DNA of 64,000 nucleotides from Cirrosporium novae-zelandiae (lineage: Eukaryota): the NCBI GenBank assembly GCA_026023565.1, contig JAPETS010000022.1:62001-126000 (forward strand), given 5' to 3'. Each line of letters opens with the position of its first letter. Positions within the stretch are counted from its first letter, which is position 1. The notes under the pieces were generated by a model. That model saw only the letters and a list, made by a program, of their open reading frames with translations. It was not told the origin of the DNA and made no database searches. Both the position numbers and the translations under genes were made by a program. Of the stretch, positions 61,754 through 64,000 are shown piece after piece.

Positions 61754-63952
61754 CTATTGCTGATTATCCATCGGCAGGTTCACCAGCGTTGGTGCTATTC
61801 TCCTTTTCTTCACAGTTCCTTCCTCCTTCCCAGTCTCTTCATCCCCTTCTCTTTTCCCTAGAACACTCCCACTAATCGAGCTTGTTGCGCTATGCGTCCC
61901 ACTCATCGGTGTCTGCGGTGGTGTCGTGAGCGGTGGCATTCCTGTCACCGGCCCACTATGAGTAGCTGTAACACTTGGAATACTGCTGATGATTGGTGTT
62001 GGATTATTCGTCACAACATTGGGCGAGGGAACCGAAGAAGCCGAGGAGGAGCGAGCAGGGCTAGCAGCGCGCTGGGAAAGGGGTGCTGGTGAAGGTGAAG
62101 GAGCGAGCGTAGTACAACCATTTGAAGATGTAGGTTTAATGGAAGCGGGTGCTGTAGCAGAGACAGGAGTCGGAGCTGGGGTGGATTGTGTAGAGGATAC
62201 GGTCGTTGTCGCATAGGTTGTCTGCCCTGTGGTGGGCATGGGACCGGAGTAGATCTGGCCTAGTTCACCAGGAGCAAAGGATAGACATGAACAGAAACCA
62301 TCAGAGGAGGTCATAAGGAGGGTCAAACCATCGGTTGACCTAGAAAGCACCAAATTAGTCCTGGAAAATCCACTCGCAATCATTTATATTAGAAATCTTA
62401 CCAAGTGAGATCTGTAAAGGTTGCAAAATGCAAGTTATTCACGATACACAAAGGAGTCTGCTGTTGCGTATCATATACCAGGACAGCATCTTGTGTCGCA
62501 ACAGCATACACTATTCGATAAGGAAGCGCGAACACTGGGGTGGGCCCGGGTACTGATGAGCTATTTTCAGCATCTGGATTAGGAGATGAAGCTGGCTGCG
62601 ATGGTTCACTGGAAGGAGTCTTGGATTTGGTAGGTGGGGGTGGTTGAATAAATCCGTTGGGCGCAGGGCTCGAGGTTGGGACAATTGGTTCAGGAAGAGA
62701 CGTCATAGGCTCATCCGCAGAGGAGGTGTCTATTGTAATATTTGTTGTTGTCTCTTTCTTGGCTTGACGGTGGGTGTAGTATATTGGTGAACATTTCACG
62801 GCTACAGAAGGTTTTTTGTGTCCTGGCAGATGCGCTATTGGAGGTTTGTTGAAGCCAGCTCTAGTGTAAATGTAAACGGTATTTATTACATCATCCGGTA
62901 ACTTCATATAATCTGGGCCGGGTGGGTAAGATGTTTTGAATTGGCCGGCAGGTGTGAATAGTAAGCTTCCGTCAGGCGCAAATGTGAGCCGTCTAAAGAA
63001 TGACGTGAAGGTTTCGTTGGCGTAGATATTGACATTCCTTAAACCCAGTGAAGCAAAGGGATTCGGGGATGACTCCATAGGCTTGACGGCTGGTAGTGGC
63101 ATAGAGGGTGCAGGAGAAGCTGATCTTCGGATCGACGCGGCTGATCCAAATGATGATCTCCGACTATGAGAGACTGGTGGAGGGTTCATTGGGAGAGGCA
63201 CGGTCATTGGCGTTCCGGGAGTCGACGGAGCTGGGGATGCCATAGATATAGATGACGATCCTTCCGTAGGAGGTTGTGCTCGTACACCAAATTCAGGTGG
63301 CGCTGGGCTGTTGGCTGAAGCCCGTCGAGCCGGCAGGTCCATCTTTGTAAATTTTCCATGTTGTGTCAAAGAGCAAGTACCATCCTTTTGCTTGAGGGTA
63401 TAAATGTGTACAGATCGGTCTGAGGATTGGGTTGCAACAAATTCGTTCAATGGATCCCATGCAACGCCTTGGACGTAGTGGTTGTGTTCTGCGATCTGCC
63501 GAACCATCTGGCCTTGAAGCTGTTAGTGACAATCCCAATGGTTTCCTGGGCTTGGTAATTACCATTTTGGGAATTGTATATTCTAGCGATATTATCCATG
63601 CTTCCTGTGATAAAGAAAACACCATCCGGCGACCAAGCCAAGTCGTATATCTCCGAGATTGACGACCGACACATGTGCTTCACCCGCCAAGTTTCCTTAT
63701 CTTCCGAAGAATCTTCACCCAAGGTTGATAATGGTGTGTCAGAAGGCACCCATAGCAGTACATTTCCGTCGTCACCTGCTGATGCAAGCATTTCGCCTAC
63801 TCAGTGTCAGCAATCAATCTGTCTGGGCATATACTTGGAGAAAACAAACCTCTTGGGGAAAAGCGAACAACATTGACGGCTTGAGTATGCTTGATCAGAG
63901 TAGTCAAATAGGTCACCTTCCGCTCCTCTCCTGCTGATTCTACTCTCCATAA
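61754..63952 (-). CDS. CAC2: Chromatin assembly factor 1 subunit B (p60), 5'-truncated; introns 63797..63849, 63513..63562 and 62340..62401, plus one running off the window from 63953
   Basis: [93 protein letters not shown], and the C-terminal Asf1-binding B-domain KKRRIAPTLV. Confidence 0.94.
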
Positions 63953-64000
63953 CTTTTCGTAGGTTCAATCAGTCTCGATGCCGACGGGGTGGGTAGGGGA

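Noticed and set aside
1..64000. Transposons, CRISPR arrays, rRNA, spliceosomal snRNAs and secondary-metabolite clusters
   Set aside because: By eye I found no transposase/RT ORFs, spaced direct repeats, U1/U2/U5/U6 signature sequences, or PKS/NRPS genes.

Overview
Gene-dense eukaryotic DNA from a filamentous ascomycete (Pezizomycotina), judged from short GT-AG introns with CTRAY branch points and the orthologue set. I can support 17 protein-coding genes and one intron-containing tRNA-Val(TAC). In order: UTP4 (5'-truncated), PNG1, MEMO1/MHO1, a conserved Cys-rich hypothetical protein, FAB1, a TPP1/Tpz1/Est3-like shelterin subunit, PPZ1, RAD2/XPG, an uncharacterised 1238-aa protein, MAK31/NAA38, PIL1/LSP1, RPS11, SPC105/KNL1, a SUR7/PalI-family gene, tRNA-Val, WDR6/TRM734, an EZH2/KMT6 PRC2 methyltransferase and CAC2 (5'-truncated). 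RPS11 (9 exons) is largely invisible in the ORF track, and MAK31 and most other genes appear there only as fragments. No transposase, CRISPR array or rRNA was seen. The best leads for new biology are: the 1238-aa protein with a Myb/HTH-like N-terminus and an R-S-E ADP-ribosyltransferase-like domain; unusual features of the EZH2 orthologue (RFINT instead of RFINH, twin SIM micro-exons, an NF-YA-like RPRGxxGRF tail); a ~275-nt multi-stem element downstream of WDR6; a recurring C-rich to G-rich sense-strand switch at gene 3' ends; and a PacC/Crz1 site cluster upstream of the SUR7-family gene. All calls were made by eye with no searches run. Splice sites are inferred from consensus signals and reading-frame continuity.
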